Origin: Ruminococcus albus 7 = DSM 20455
GTDB taxonomy: Bacteria; Bacillota; Clostridia; Oscillospirales; Ruminococcaceae
Direction: 5' to 3'
Length of the DNA stretch: 32,000 nucleotides
Assembly: GCF_000179635.2 (NCBI RefSeq)
Contig: NC_014825.1
Span: 150,001 to 182,000 of the forward strand
Position 1 is the first letter of the stretch, and each line of letters starts with the position of its first letter. The translations under genes were made by a program, and so were the position numbers. The notes under the pieces were generated by a model. It did no database searches. It saw nothing but the letters and a program-made list of their open reading frames with translations, and was not told where the DNA came from. This document shows, piece by piece, positions 9,383-17,510 of this stretch.

Positions 9383-9766
9383 ATGAACATGGGAAAAATA
9401 TCTGAGATCAAAATGCAGCTGAGGCATAAGGAATGGGCTGAAATGGTCAGCGAGTGCCAGGCGAGCGGCAAAAAGGTCGATGAGTGGTGCAGAGAGAACG
9501 GCATCAATGTCAGTACCTACTATAAACGTCTGAATGTGCTGAGAACCGAGCTTATCGAGGGCAGTGAGAAACAGAGCATAGTTCCCGTAAGTGTTTCCGC
9601 CTCTGTCTCGGTGCCACAGAACAAAGCTGTTTCAGATACCGGAAAGGAGCTCATTTCAGATTCCGGAAAGATAATAATACGCAAGGACGGCTTTGAAGTT
9701 GAGCTTTCCGGGGATACTTCCGAAGATATGCTTATGGCTCTGTTCAGAGGGCTGAAACAATGCTGA
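9383..9766 (+). CDS. tnpA: IS66 accessory protein TnpA (HTH)
   Basis: 'EWAEMVSECQASGKKVDEWCRENGINVSTYYKRL' is typical of IS66 orf1. AAAGGAG sits at 9374-9380, so the second ATG (9389) is the better-spaced start. The stop overlaps the tnpB start (ATGCTGA). Confidence 0.8.
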   Translation: MNMGKISEIKMQLRHKEWAEMVSECQASGKKVDEWCRENGINVSTYYKRLNVLRTELIEGSEKQSIVPVSVSASVSVPQNKAVSDTGKELISDSGKIIIRKDGFEVELSGDTSEDMLMALFRGLKQC

Positions 9767-10116
9767 AGGAACTTTCTGCTGCCAATATCTACATCGTCTG
9801 TGGGCATACCGATATGCGTAAATCAATAGACGGTCTTGCAGCGATAATCAGAGAGGAATTTGATCTCGATCTGTTTTCCGACAGCCTGTTTTTGTTTTGC
9901 GGAAGGCGCAGAGATCGACTAAAGGCTCTGCTGTGGGAGGGCGACGGATTTATCATGCTGTACAAAAGGCTTGAGAATGGAAAATTCAACTGGCCGCGCA
10001 ATGAGCAGGAGGTAAGAAACTTAAGCCACGAGCAGTTTGTATGGCTATTGCAGGGACTATCCGTTGACCAGCCAAAGGCGATAAAAACTATCGAGGGCGG
10101 CATCGATTTTTACTGA
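9760..10116 (+). CDS. tnpB: IS66 accessory protein TnpB
   Basis: 'GHTDMRKSIDGLAAII...LFLFCGRRRDRLKALLWEGDGFIMLYKRLENGKFNWP' is the canonical IS66 orf2 signature. Confidence 0.9.
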   Translation: MLKELSAANIYIVCGHTDMRKSIDGLAAIIREEFDLDLFSDSLFLFCGRRRDRLKALLWEGDGFIMLYKRLENGKFNWPRNEQEVRNLSHEQFVWLLQGLSVDQPKAIKTIEGGIDFY

Positions 10117-10179
10117 AAAACTGCACATATTTATCGATGAAATTTCTCTGAAATAATGACTTAAAAAGCGCTCTTTTCC

Positions 10180-10208
10180 TTGATTTTTCGGGCGTTTTGT
10201 GGTATAAT
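10180..10208 (+). promoter_or_regulatory. Sigma-A-type promoter for tnpC of IS66 no. 1
   Basis: TTGATT (10180-10185), 17-nt spacer, TGgTATAAT (extended -10, TATAAT at 10203-10208). AAGGAG is at 10241-10246 and the GTG start at 10255. Confidence 0.6.
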
Positions 10209-10411
10209 ATAAGTATCGCAAAGCACTGATTTTTCAAGGAAAGGAGCATTTTTTGTGACATATGAAGAACGTAAGCGTATAACCCCCAGCACCTACCCCA
10301 CCGAAGTCTAATAAAGTATAATAAACTCCAAGGAACACCATGAAGTAAATTGAATAATCCAAATTGATCCATGGAGTTCATTGGAGACGATTAGACAAGG
10401 AGGTAACAGGT

Positions 10412-10728
10412 ATGGACAAAACAACATCCATCACAACAATCAAAAAGAAATGCAGCTTCAGGAATGGTCTGCGCAGATCAAAGCACAGCAGGCAAGCGGT
10501 CTGACGATCCGGGAATGGTGCAAAGAAAAAGGGATCAAGCCAAACACGTATTACAACCGCCTAAGAAAAGTTCGTGAAAAGTATATCGAAAATTCTCCGA
10601 CCATCGTTCCTGTATCAGTTCCTTGCTCAAACGAAAATATCCGCATTGAGAAAAACGGACTTCAAATATCTCTTCCGGCAGATATATCTGCGGACACTCT
10701 GACCGCTTTGGTGCATGAGCTATGCTGA
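10412..10728 (+). CDS. tnpA: IS66 TnpA of element no. 2, probably frameshifted near its 5' end
   Basis: AAGGAGG (10397-10403) is well spaced for ATG 10412, which reads MDKTTSITTIKK. The conserved body (MQLQEWSAQIKAQQASGLTIREWCKEKGIKPNTYYNRL) is in another frame, with its in-frame ATG at 10450. The switch maps to the A5 run at 10442-10446. Confidence 0.65.
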
Positions 10729-11077
10729 ATGATCTGGCAGCGGACGCACAGGTCTATCTTGTTACGGGATACACCGACCTTCGACGCGGGATAGACGGAC
10801 TTGCGACTATCGTTCAGGCTCAGCTTCGACTTGACCCGTTCTCGAAAGCATTGTTTTGTTCTGCGGCAGACGTTGTGACCGCATCAAAGGTCTGCTGTGG
10901 GAGGGCGATGGTTTTCTGCTGTTGTACAAGCGCCTTGACAACGGAAGATTCCAGTGGCCGCGCAGTGAGACCGAAGCAGTAATGCTCACATCTCAGCAAA
11001 TTCGCTGGCTTCTGGAAGGCTTGAAAATAGAGCAGCCGAAGGCTATCCGTGAGGGAAAGCCGGGGGCGCTGTATTAA
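10722..11077 (+). pseudogene. tnpB: IS66 TnpB of element no. 2, frameshifted
   Basis: ORFs 10722-10982 and 10856-11077 together give '...DPFSKALF / FCGRRCDRIKGLLWEGDGFLLLYKRLDNGRFQWP'. Compared with element no. 1 (LFLFCGRR), one T is missing in the T run at 10854-10857. Confidence 0.8.
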
Positions 11078-11109
11078 GGCAATACTTACCGAATATTCAG
11101 AATATGTGC

Positions 11110-11138
11110 TTGAAAAGCCCCTCTTTTCGTGGTATCAT
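11110..11138 (+). promoter_or_regulatory. Sigma-A-type promoter for tnpC of IS66 no. 2
   Basis: TTGAAA (11110-11115), 17-nt spacer, TGgTATCAT (11133-11138). The position and surrounding sequence (CTCTTTTC...TGGTAT.AT.AAGTATC) are conserved with element no. 1. GGAGG lies upstream of ATG 11170. Confidence 0.55.
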
Positions 11139-11169
11139 TAAAGTATCATAACGAACGGAGGGGTGCTTT

Positions 11170-12681
11170 ATGTCCGAACCAAATATGACATCGGAAATTG
11201 TATCGCTCCGTAATGAAAACGCTGTTCTCAAGGAAGAACTAGCACTTGCCAATCAGCAGTTAGCGTGGTTCAGAAAGCAGATATTCGGAAGAAAAACAGA
11301 GCAGACATCTGTTGTTATGGAAAAGGAGTTCGGTGTTCAGCTTTCCATGTTCGGAAACAATGAAGAAAAATCCGCAGCTAAATCTGCCGAAACAATTACT
11401 GTTCCCGAACACAAGCGCAAGAAAAAACGCACTCACGATGAATGGATGAACAATCTGCCTGTAAAAGAAGAACATCACAAAATTGACAACCCGGTATGCG
11501 AAATATGCGGCGCCGAAATGGAAGAACTGACTCCCGAAAAGGCTTACGATGAACTTATATTTACGCCGCCAAAATATCATATCCGCAGGCATATAGTACA
11601 TAAGTACAAGTGTCCCGAGTGCGGAGAAAAGCCCGAAGAAAGGGACGAACCTTGTCATATCATCCGTGCGCCATATCCTCACGCTATGATCCCGGGAAGC
11701 TATTGCTCTCCCGAACTTCTGGCTCATATCATCTACGAAAAATATGCAAAGTCAGTACCTCTGCACCGTCAGGAAAAGGACTTTAATTCCAAAAACATAC
11801 CTCTGCTCAAAGCGACTATGTCTAATTGGGTAGGCACTGCTGCCGAAAAATGGTGTTTGCCGATTGTGGAGAAAATGCATGAGATGCTTATCGCAGGGCA
11901 GATGATCCATGCCGATGAAACGACCGTTCAGGTGCTTCACGAGGAAGGCCGAAAGCCTACCACGACATCAAGAATGTGGGTCTACTGCAACGGCAAAATG
12001 AATGACAGGAGCATCATCATTTTCGATTATCAGCCGACACGAAAGGGTGAGCACGCCTCGAATTTCCTGAAAGGATTTATCGGCTATCTTATCTGTGACG
12101 GATACGATGCCTACAATGCAGTCGAGGGTGCTAAGCGATGCGGCTGTATGACTCATGCAAGGCGTGGTTTTATTCAGGCTCTTCCGAACGACCAAAAGCT
12201 GCACAGCACTTCTGTTGCGGCAAAGGCAGTAGAATATTTCAACAAGATATATCACGAAGAAAATCTGCTTGCCGACAGCTCCACAGAATACAGATATAAA
12301 CAGCGCCTTGTGAAGGTAAAGCCTTTGCTTGACGAGTTTTTTGCGTGGCTTGAAAATGTTCAGGTCAGTGGTAAGGGCAAGCTGACAGATGCAGTAAGAT
12401 ATGCGTTGAATGAACGGAAATATCTTTACACGTTTCTTGAAAACGGAGACGTGCCTATCGACAACAACAGAGCCGAAAACGCAATAAGACCGTTTGCGTT
12501 AGGCCGAAAAAATTGGCTGTTTTCAAATACAGCAAACGGAGCCAGATCAAGTGCAACGCTGTATTCGATCATTTCAACTGCACAGGCGAACGGTGTTGAT
12601 GCTGAGAAATACCTGACCGAGCTGTTTTCACAGCCTGCGGGAACGATATTATTACCATGGAGGGAAGAAAATGAAACTTAG
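11170..12681 (+). CDS. tnpC: IS66-family DDE transposase TnpC (intact, 503 aa)
   Basis: N-terminal coiled coil plus 'IFGRKTEQ', zinc-finger 'CEICGAEM...CPECGE', 'HADETTVQVL', 'LICDGYDAYN', 'MTHARRGF' and 'IDNNRAENAIRPFALGRKNWLFS'. Confidence 0.93.
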   Translation: MSEPNMTSEIVSLRNENAVLKEELALANQQLAWFRKQIFGRKTEQTSVVMEKEFGVQLSMFGNNEEKSAAKSAETITVPEHKRKKKRTHDEWMNNLPVKEEHHKIDNPVCEICGAEMEELTPEKAYDELIFTPPKYHIRRHIVHKYKCPECGEKPEERDEPCHIIRAPYPHAMIPGSYCSPELLAHIIYEKYAKSVPLHRQEKDFNSKNIPLLKATMSNWVGTAAEKWCLPIVEKMHEMLIAGQMIHADETTVQVLHEEGRKPTTTSRMWVYCNGKMNDRSIIIFDYQPTRKGEHASNFLKGFIGYLICDGYDAYNAVEGAKRCGCMTHARRGFIQALPNDQKLHSTSVAAKAVEYFNKIYHEENLLADSSTEYRYKQRLVKVKPLLDEFFAWLENVQVSGKGKLTDAVRYALNERKYLYTFLENGDVPIDNNRAENAIRPFALGRKNWLFSNTANGARSSATLYSIISTAQANGVDAEKYLTELFSQPAGTILLPWREENET

Positions 12682-13210
12682 TAATGAAGATGCAAAGCTG
12701 TTTTATGAACTGTTTTTTCCACTGCTTGACTATGTGAACAGAGAATATCATATACTTCCTGAGGAAGATTATTTCGGGCAAGGAATGATCGACCCACAGG
12801 ATGCTGCGGAGGTTGCCCACTTTTTATGGGAACGGACATGGATCATTGATGATTATCTTGAGCGATCGGATCTGCCCGAATAACACATGGAGATACTTAA
12901 AAGCTGGAAAGGGTGCATCACCGGCAGATTTATCATTGAGCGACATTTGAAAAAGGGATCGGTATTTATATCGATCGATGACAATTCTGTTTTTCTTGTA
13001 AACGGCATTGTCAGCAGTTGGGAGGAAATGCTGAGAAATGCACCGATGCCAACTTTGCTTGATGCAGCGCTTCTGCCATTTAAAAATGCGATCATTTCCG
13101 ATGGCCTTGTATCTGTTATGCCGATCATATTCGGTCCGAACAGCAAAGCTGATTTCAAAGAAATATACATGGACGCAAAGAGAAATGGAGAAATCAAAGC
13201 CAGAATATGA
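12671..13210 (+). pseudogene. Passenger ORF of IS66 no. 2 (unknown function), one reading frame interrupted by an in-frame TAA
   Basis: ORFs 12671-12883 and 12887-13210 are in the same frame, separated only by TAA at 12881-12883 ('...SDLPE*HMEILKSWKG...'). The start overlaps the tnpC stop by 11 nt. It lies inside the right IR and is followed by a terminator. Confidence 0.6.
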
Positions 13211-13215
13211 TGTTA

Positions 13216-13249
13216 CAGCCGGGTGTTATCTGCCCGGCTGTTTGCTTTT
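13216..13249 (+). terminator. Rho-independent terminator just inside the right IR of IS66 no. 2
   Basis: CAGCCGGG (13216-13223) pairs with CCCGGCTG (13233-13240), followed by TTTGCTTTT. Confidence 0.7.
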
Positions 13250-13274
13250 ATGATGCGGGGGGTTATACGCTTAC

Positions 13275-14914
13275 TGAAGAACTGAAAAAAGCATACGAAG
13301 AAATGTCAAAAAAGTGCGCTTTGCTTGAAAAAGAAAACGAGAAAAAAGATGAGACCATAGAGCATCTTGAAGAACTTCTTCTGAAAAGAAACAAGATGCT
13401 TTTCGGGCGTAAAAGCGAGAAGTCAAAATATTTGCAGTGTGACGGTCAGGAGAGCTTTGAAGGCGTGTTCAACGAAGCCGAAATGCTTTCCGATGAAGCT
13501 GCGGAAGAACCGACAGAGGAAACCATCGTTGTAAAAAGAAAGTCCCAAAAGACCGGTGAACACCGCGGCAAAAATAAGCTCAGAGAAGATCTTCCCAAAG
13601 AGAAGATCGTATCGAAGCTGCCCGAAAAACAAGTGTAACTGTGCTGTTTGCGGCAGTAAGCTCAAGGTCATCAAGGAAGAATTTCTGACAAGCAAACTTG
13701 TGTATATCCCCGAACAGCTGAAAATGCGTGAGTTTTACAGAACGGTGTACAAGTGTGAATGCTGCGATAAAAAGGGCGAGGATCCCCATATCGTCAAATC
13801 CGAAAACCCTACTCCCGCACAGGTCATACCGAAGGGTCTGCCGGATCAAACGCTTGTTGCGGATATAATGCAGAGAAAATATCAGCTTGGTACTCCGCTT
13901 GACCGTCAGGAAAAATACTGGGCGGCACAGGGGGTATATCTCAGCCGTACTTCAATGGCAAACTGGGTGATCGAGGGTTCAAAATGGTTTGAGCCTGTTA
14001 TTGATATGCTCTGGAAATATTCGTATAAAGAGCCTGTCCTGAATGCCGATGAAACGACGTCGAGAACTTTGAAAACCGATAAAGGCAAAAAAATAGACAA
14101 GCTGGGTCAGATGTGGATATGCTCGACAGGCAGAGCCGCAAAGAAAAAAATTGCAATATACGAGTACCGTGACAGTCGCACAAAGGCTGTTGCCGAGGAG
14201 CTTTACTATGGCTATACGGGCATATTGCAGACTGACGGATTTCAGTCCTATGGCAGCGGCAGCTACACGAGAGTCGGCTGCTGGTCGCATGCACGCAGGA
14301 AGCTGATCGACTGCATACCCGAAAAGCACAAAAAGAGCAAAGCGGCGATCGCTGTGGGTATGATCGACAAGATGTTCAAATACGAACGGGAGGCGAGAAA
14401 GGAAGACTATTCGGACGAACAGCTGCTTGAGATGCGTCGGGAAAAGATCGCCCCTCTTGTAGATGAGTTCTACAAATTCATAGACAGCCTTCACCCCGGC
14501 AATGGTTCACACTTAGCCGAGGCGGTTAATTATGCCCGAAATCAGAAAGCAGCACTGACTGTTTTCCTAAATAATCCACTTGTGGATATGAGCAACAATC
14601 TTGCAGAGAGAACAGTCAAGCCTTATATTATTGCAAGGAAGAATTTTCTTTTCAGCTGTACCGAGAAGGGTGCTCACGCAAGCGCGGCGGTTATGACAAT
14701 TATCGAGACAGCTAAGCGAAATGGTCTTGATGTGTACGGGTATCTCCTGCATCTGCTGACAGAGCTGCCGAAGTACGGTCATACTCCGACAAGGGAACAG
14801 CTTGAAGCTCTGATGCCGTGGAGCGACAGCCTGCCTGATTTCTGCAAGAAAAAGTATAGTCAGGTAGAGTCAGTTACAATACCGGAAATGAGTCTATGCA
14901 AAGCAAAGGTGTAG
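13275..14914 (+). pseudogene. tnpC: IS66 TnpC of element no. 1, split by IS66 no. 2 and additionally frameshifted
   Basis: The first 5 codons (GTG ACA TAT GAA GAA) are at 10255-10269. Removing 10271-13282 restores VTYEELKKAYEEMSKKCALLEKENE...LFGRKSEKS. A second lesion gives 'LPEKQV*' versus '..PKNKCNCAVCGSKL', with the frame change at the A5 run 13625-13629. Downstream motifs are intact (NADETTSRTL, LQTDGFQSY, CWSHARRK, MSNNLAERTVKPYIIARKNFLFS). Confidence 0.88.
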
Positions 14915-14958
14915 TAAGGTGCAGTCAGGTATAGTGGTTTCCAGCATATGATATACAG

Positions 14959-14990
14959 AAGAGCCGTGTCAGTCAGCACGGCTCTTTTTG
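14959..14990 (+). terminator. Rho-independent terminator just inside the right IR of IS66 no. 1
   Basis: AAGAGCCGTG (14959-14968) pairs with CACGGCTCTT (14977-14986), followed by a T run. Confidence 0.75.
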
Positions 14991-15279
14991 GTGGGAATAA
15001 TTTTGGGGGTGGATTGGTTGGCGGTTACAGATCTTCGTATGCGTTGACTATCTTCCAAGATGTCTTTGTTTTCGGAACGACTTTTTCCGCAAAATATGCC
15101 TCGATAGGCAGTCCCGCTTTCTGACTCTCTCTGACGGTCTTTGAGTACGGTATCACTGTTGGGGATGTGCGCACTGAAACAGCTTATTTCACCAGTTAAT
15201 ATGTTTTTTACTCTGATGTTCGGATATGGTTAGAGGGTGCTGCGGTTGCAACACCCTCATTTTTAAAGGAGGACTTATC

Positions 15280-15350
15280 ATGAAAAAAGTCGCAGTAATA
15301 TGGTCGAGCCCGAATAAAAACGGTCTGACTGCATCTGCAAAAGAACAGAT
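15280..15350 (+). pseudogene. 5' fragment (~24 codons) of a flavodoxin-like / NAD(P)H-dependent FMN reductase-like gene, truncated by IS21
   Basis: AAAGGAGG then ATG 15280; 'MKKVAVIWSSPNKNGLTASAKEQI' resembles the N-terminal beta1/phosphate-loop of flavodoxin-fold reductases. The reading frame runs straight into the IS21 terminal repeat at 15351. Confidence 0.35.
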
Positions 15351-15459
15351 TGTATATGCCGACCCCAAAACCGCAGCTGCACGGACTCGGAACCGCACTC
15401 TCACGCATTTTGAACCGCATCGTGCCGCGATAGAACCGCATCGACATATTTAACGTATC

Positions 15460-15493
15460 AAAAATGGAGCCCGCCTGAACTCAGACAGGCTCC
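15460..15493 (-). terminator. Terminator after the IS21 gene set
   Basis: On the minus strand GGAGCC..CAGG pairs with CCTG..GGCTCC (15466-15493), followed by ATTTTT. Confidence 0.55.
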
Positions 15494-15506
15494 CCGTTAA
15501 AGTTGA

Positions 15507-15704
15507 TCAGATTTCCGGATAGTCTATCTCATTCTCATCAAGAATAGCCTTGAGCCGGTCGATATACTCATACAGCCGCTGGATCTCTATCCAGTTGCCG
15601 TGACACAAGTGTTCGGCTTCCGCAAGCTCGTGACGGGTGAGCAGATAATCCTCCCATTTCAAGCACTTGTGATCCTTGCTGAAAGCACAGTAATTCTCCA
15701 TCAC
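15507..15704 (-). CDS. Small 65-aa ORF downstream of istB, inside the IS21 boundaries (unknown function)
   Basis: Its ATG overlaps the istB stop (ATGA at 15701-15704). It is followed by a terminator, and all of this lies inside the terminal repeat. The sequence is acidic with Cys/His residues (C6, H12, C14, H33, C34, H35). Confidence 0.5.
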   Translation of the reverse strand: MMENYCAFSKDHKCLKWEDYLLTRHELAEAEHLCHGNWIEIQRLYEYIDRLKAILDENEIDYPEI

Positions 15705-16468
15705 GGTTCAGCTCCTTCCGGAAGCCCATGACGTTTTCTCATGGATATTTCACCATCGATCATTACCGGATATGCGGTATTGATTATCCTGTCGATTATC
15801 GCATCGGATATCGGACTGTCGTTTTCAGGATCGGGATTTATGCGTTCGTACCAGCCCTCGGCATGGTACTGTGTGCAAAAAATCATCGACTTTTCGATCC
15901 TTGCTTCGATGATCTCCAGCAGATTGTAGGCATCATTCGGAGCAAGCTTGCGGATAAGCCACTCGTCGAGGATCAGCAGATCGACTTTCTTGTATGCTTT
16001 GATTACCTTAGCAAATTCCCCGTTTGTTCTTGCAATGGAGAGTTCATCAAGCAGCTCCGGAAGTCTTATGTAGCGCACCGACTTGAACTTACGGCAGGCG
16101 GCATTTCCGAGAGCGCAGGCGACGTAAGTTTTTCCATTGCCCGATGCACCCATAAGGATAATATGCCTACCCTCGTCAACATAATTGCAGGTCGCAAATC
16201 GAAGCATTTTGCCTTTGTCGAGATGTCTGTCCTCAATGTATTCAATACCTTCAATGGTTGCATTAGCATCGGAGAAATGAGCGTTCCTGATGTATCTTAC
16301 GAGCTTGTTGTTCTGCCTGCGGTTCCATTCGGCATCAACAAGAAGTGTAAGTCTGTCCTCGAAACCAAGCTGTTTGTAGCTGTCGGCATCTTCAAGCTGA
16401 CGTTCAAGCTCGGCAGCCATTGAATTCATCTTCATAGCTCTTAAACACTCAATTGTGCTGTTGATCAT
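15701..16468 (-). CDS. istB: IS21 helper ATPase IstB
   Basis: Walker A 'GASGNGKTY', Walker B 'DLLILDEW', and the N-terminal '[16 protein letters not shown]' typical of IstB. It overlaps the istA stop by 4 nt. Confidence 0.93.
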   Translation of the reverse strand: MINSTIECLRAMKMNSMAAELERQLEDADSYKQLGFEDRLTLLVDAEWNRRQNNKLVRYIRNAHFSDANATIEGIEYIEDRHLDKGKMLRFATCNYVDEGRHIILMGASGNGKTYVACALGNAACRKFKSVRYIRLPELLDELSIARTNGEFAKVIKAYKKVDLLILDEWLIRKLAPNDAYNLLEIIEARIEKSMIFCTQYHAEGWYERINPDPENDSPISDAIIDRIINTAYPVMIDGEISMRKRHGLPEGAEP

Positions 16469-17385
16469 TTGCTACCACCTACCTTTCTCCAGTAGGCGGC
16501 ACCGCGTGTGATGCCATATTTGTTGCTGTCATCGGTCTTTTCCGTGGGTTTGTCAGGCTCTTTGTTGTTTTTCAGCAGCGTTGTTATCGTGCGTATCGAA
16601 GGAGATGACGAGAACGCCAGCATACGCTCACAGGCGGCTTCAAGTTTCTTCTTTCCGTAACGCTTACCGAGCTTCGTTAGGCTTACACAGGCCTTGTACC
16701 CCTGTTCGGGAACGCTGCCGGAGGTCAGGAAATGCTTCACGACTTCCTCAACGGATTTGCCAACCGTTGACGCCCATTCCTTGAATTCATCGGCATTGTA
16801 GTTCAGATACTCGCGGTGATTCGTCGGCATATGCTCAGGTTTCACGACAGGCTGAACGCTGTACTTTTCAAGTCGCTTGTGTGAAGTCATGCGGCTACCT
16901 TTGAAATACACCTCAATCAGATCTTTGGTCAGGCGTATCTGCACCTGATCCCCGATAAGGTCAAAAGGAACAGAATATTTATTCAAGCCGTCCGAGATCA
17001 GATAGTCGTTCCCGACAGTCTGCTGTTTCCACACAGAGGGCTCATATCTGTGCTTAGGCAGCGGCAGCATGAATTCCTTTTCCTCAGATAGATATGCTTC
17101 TCTACGGTTTCCGGAACGTTTCTGAAATGGCTTTGTATTGACATATTCGAGGCGCTCGTCAACAGCCTCTCTGACCTCTGCAAAAGAGAAAAACTTACGC
17201 TCACGAAGTGCGGCGGTTATCCATGTTGTAGAGAATCCGACCGAGCGTTCAACGAACCCTTTATCCTGCGGCTTGCGAACTCTGGCAGGAACAATGGCTG
17301 TGCCGTAATATTCCGCAAGTTCACGGTAACTCTCGTTCAGCTGCGTTTCATAGCGAGTGTTCGCCGTCACACCGGTTTTGAGATT
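16465..17385 (-). pseudogene. istA: IS21 transposase IstA, C-terminal part (split by RIT insertion)
   Basis: It reads ...L-K-T-G-V-TANTRYETQLNESYRELAEYYGTAIVPARVRKPQDKGFVE..., continuing exactly from '...VLVPDNL' of the 20840-21469 part once 17386-20845 is removed. Confidence 0.9.
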
Positions 17386-17466
17386 TAATGTAAAGAGGAT
17401 GTTAATGTAAAGCTGAATAAAAATAGATCTAAAATCTAATGATTATAGGTATTCGACTTTACATTA
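17380..17466. repeat. RIT left-end recombinase-site cluster
   Basis: The 10-bp half-site TAATGTAAAG occurs at 17386-17395 and 17403-17412 (direct). The inverted copy CTTTACATTA is at 17457-17466. Confidence 0.85.
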
Positions 17467-17478
17467 ATATGATATAAT
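17450..17478 (+). promoter_or_regulatory. Possible promoter of the recombinase trio, overlapping an inner half-site
   Basis: Extended -10 TGaTATAAT (17470-17478) with a weak -35 around 17450-17457 (TTCGAC). Half-site 17457-17466 lies in the spacer. AAAGGAGG is at 17494-17501 and the ATG at 17511. Confidence 0.4.
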
Positions 17479-17510
17479 TGGATCAATCATAGAAAGGAGG
17501 AATTATCATC

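Larger units (their letters stand above)
10271..13274 (+). mobile_element. IS66-family element no. 2 (inner, 3004 bp) inserted into tnpC of element no. 1
   Basis: Left IR GTAAGCGTATAACCCCC (10271-10287) equals the reverse complement of 13258-13274. Exact 8-bp TSD TGAAGAAC occurs at 10263-10270 and 13275-13282. It carries tnpA, tnpB, tnpC and an extra ORF. Confidence 0.93.
9295..15028 (+). mobile_element. IS66-family element no. 1 (outer), ~2.72 kb once the nested insertion is removed; defective
   Basis: The left end GTAACCGCCAACCAATCCCCC (9295-9315) matches the reverse complement of the right end GGATTGGTTGGCGGTTAC (15011-15028) over 18 perfect bp plus partial extension. Gene order is tnpA-tnpB-tnpC. 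The 8-bp flanks differ (TTGATAAA vs AGATCTTC), so there is no TSD. Confidence 0.8.

Noticed and set aside
9075-9507. Minus-strand ORFs 9075-9332 and 9127-9507
   Set aside because: They run across the iteron units, the IS66 left IR and the tnpA start. They have no motifs and are most likely spurious.
13207-13274. N-terminal 23 codons of ORF 13207-13638 (MMLQPGVICPAVCFYDAGGYTL...)
   Set aside because: This stretch is the terminator and right IR of IS66 no. 2, not coding sequence. The real tnpC no. 1 frame enters from 10255-10270 across the insertion.
10442-13629. Programmed ribosomal frameshifting as an explanation for the IS66 frame changes
   Set aside because: Programmed -1 frameshifting is established for IS1 and IS3 orfA-orfB, not for IS66 tnpA, tnpB or tnpC. 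The sites lack slippery heptamers with downstream structure and differ in direction. Mutation or homopolymer read error is more parsimonious.
15029-15190. ~52-codon minus-strand ORF (…YSKTVRESQKAGLPIEAYFAEKVVPKTKTSWKIVNAYEDL*) whose stop codon lies in the IS66 no. 1 right IR
   Set aside because: It could be the 5' remnant of a gene, perhaps a regulator divergent from the flavodoxin-like gene, cut by IS66. However, it is short, has no clear start or RBS, and I cannot assign a family.
15226-15453. 75-aa + strand ORF
   Set aside because: It is chimeric. Only the part from ATG 15280 to 15350 looks like a real gene fragment. The remainder is a read-through of the IS21 terminal repeats.
15728-16423. 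231-aa + strand ORF, plus 15741-15929 and 16581-16784
   Set aside because: They are antisense to istB and istA, which have unambiguous motifs, so they are shadow ORFs.
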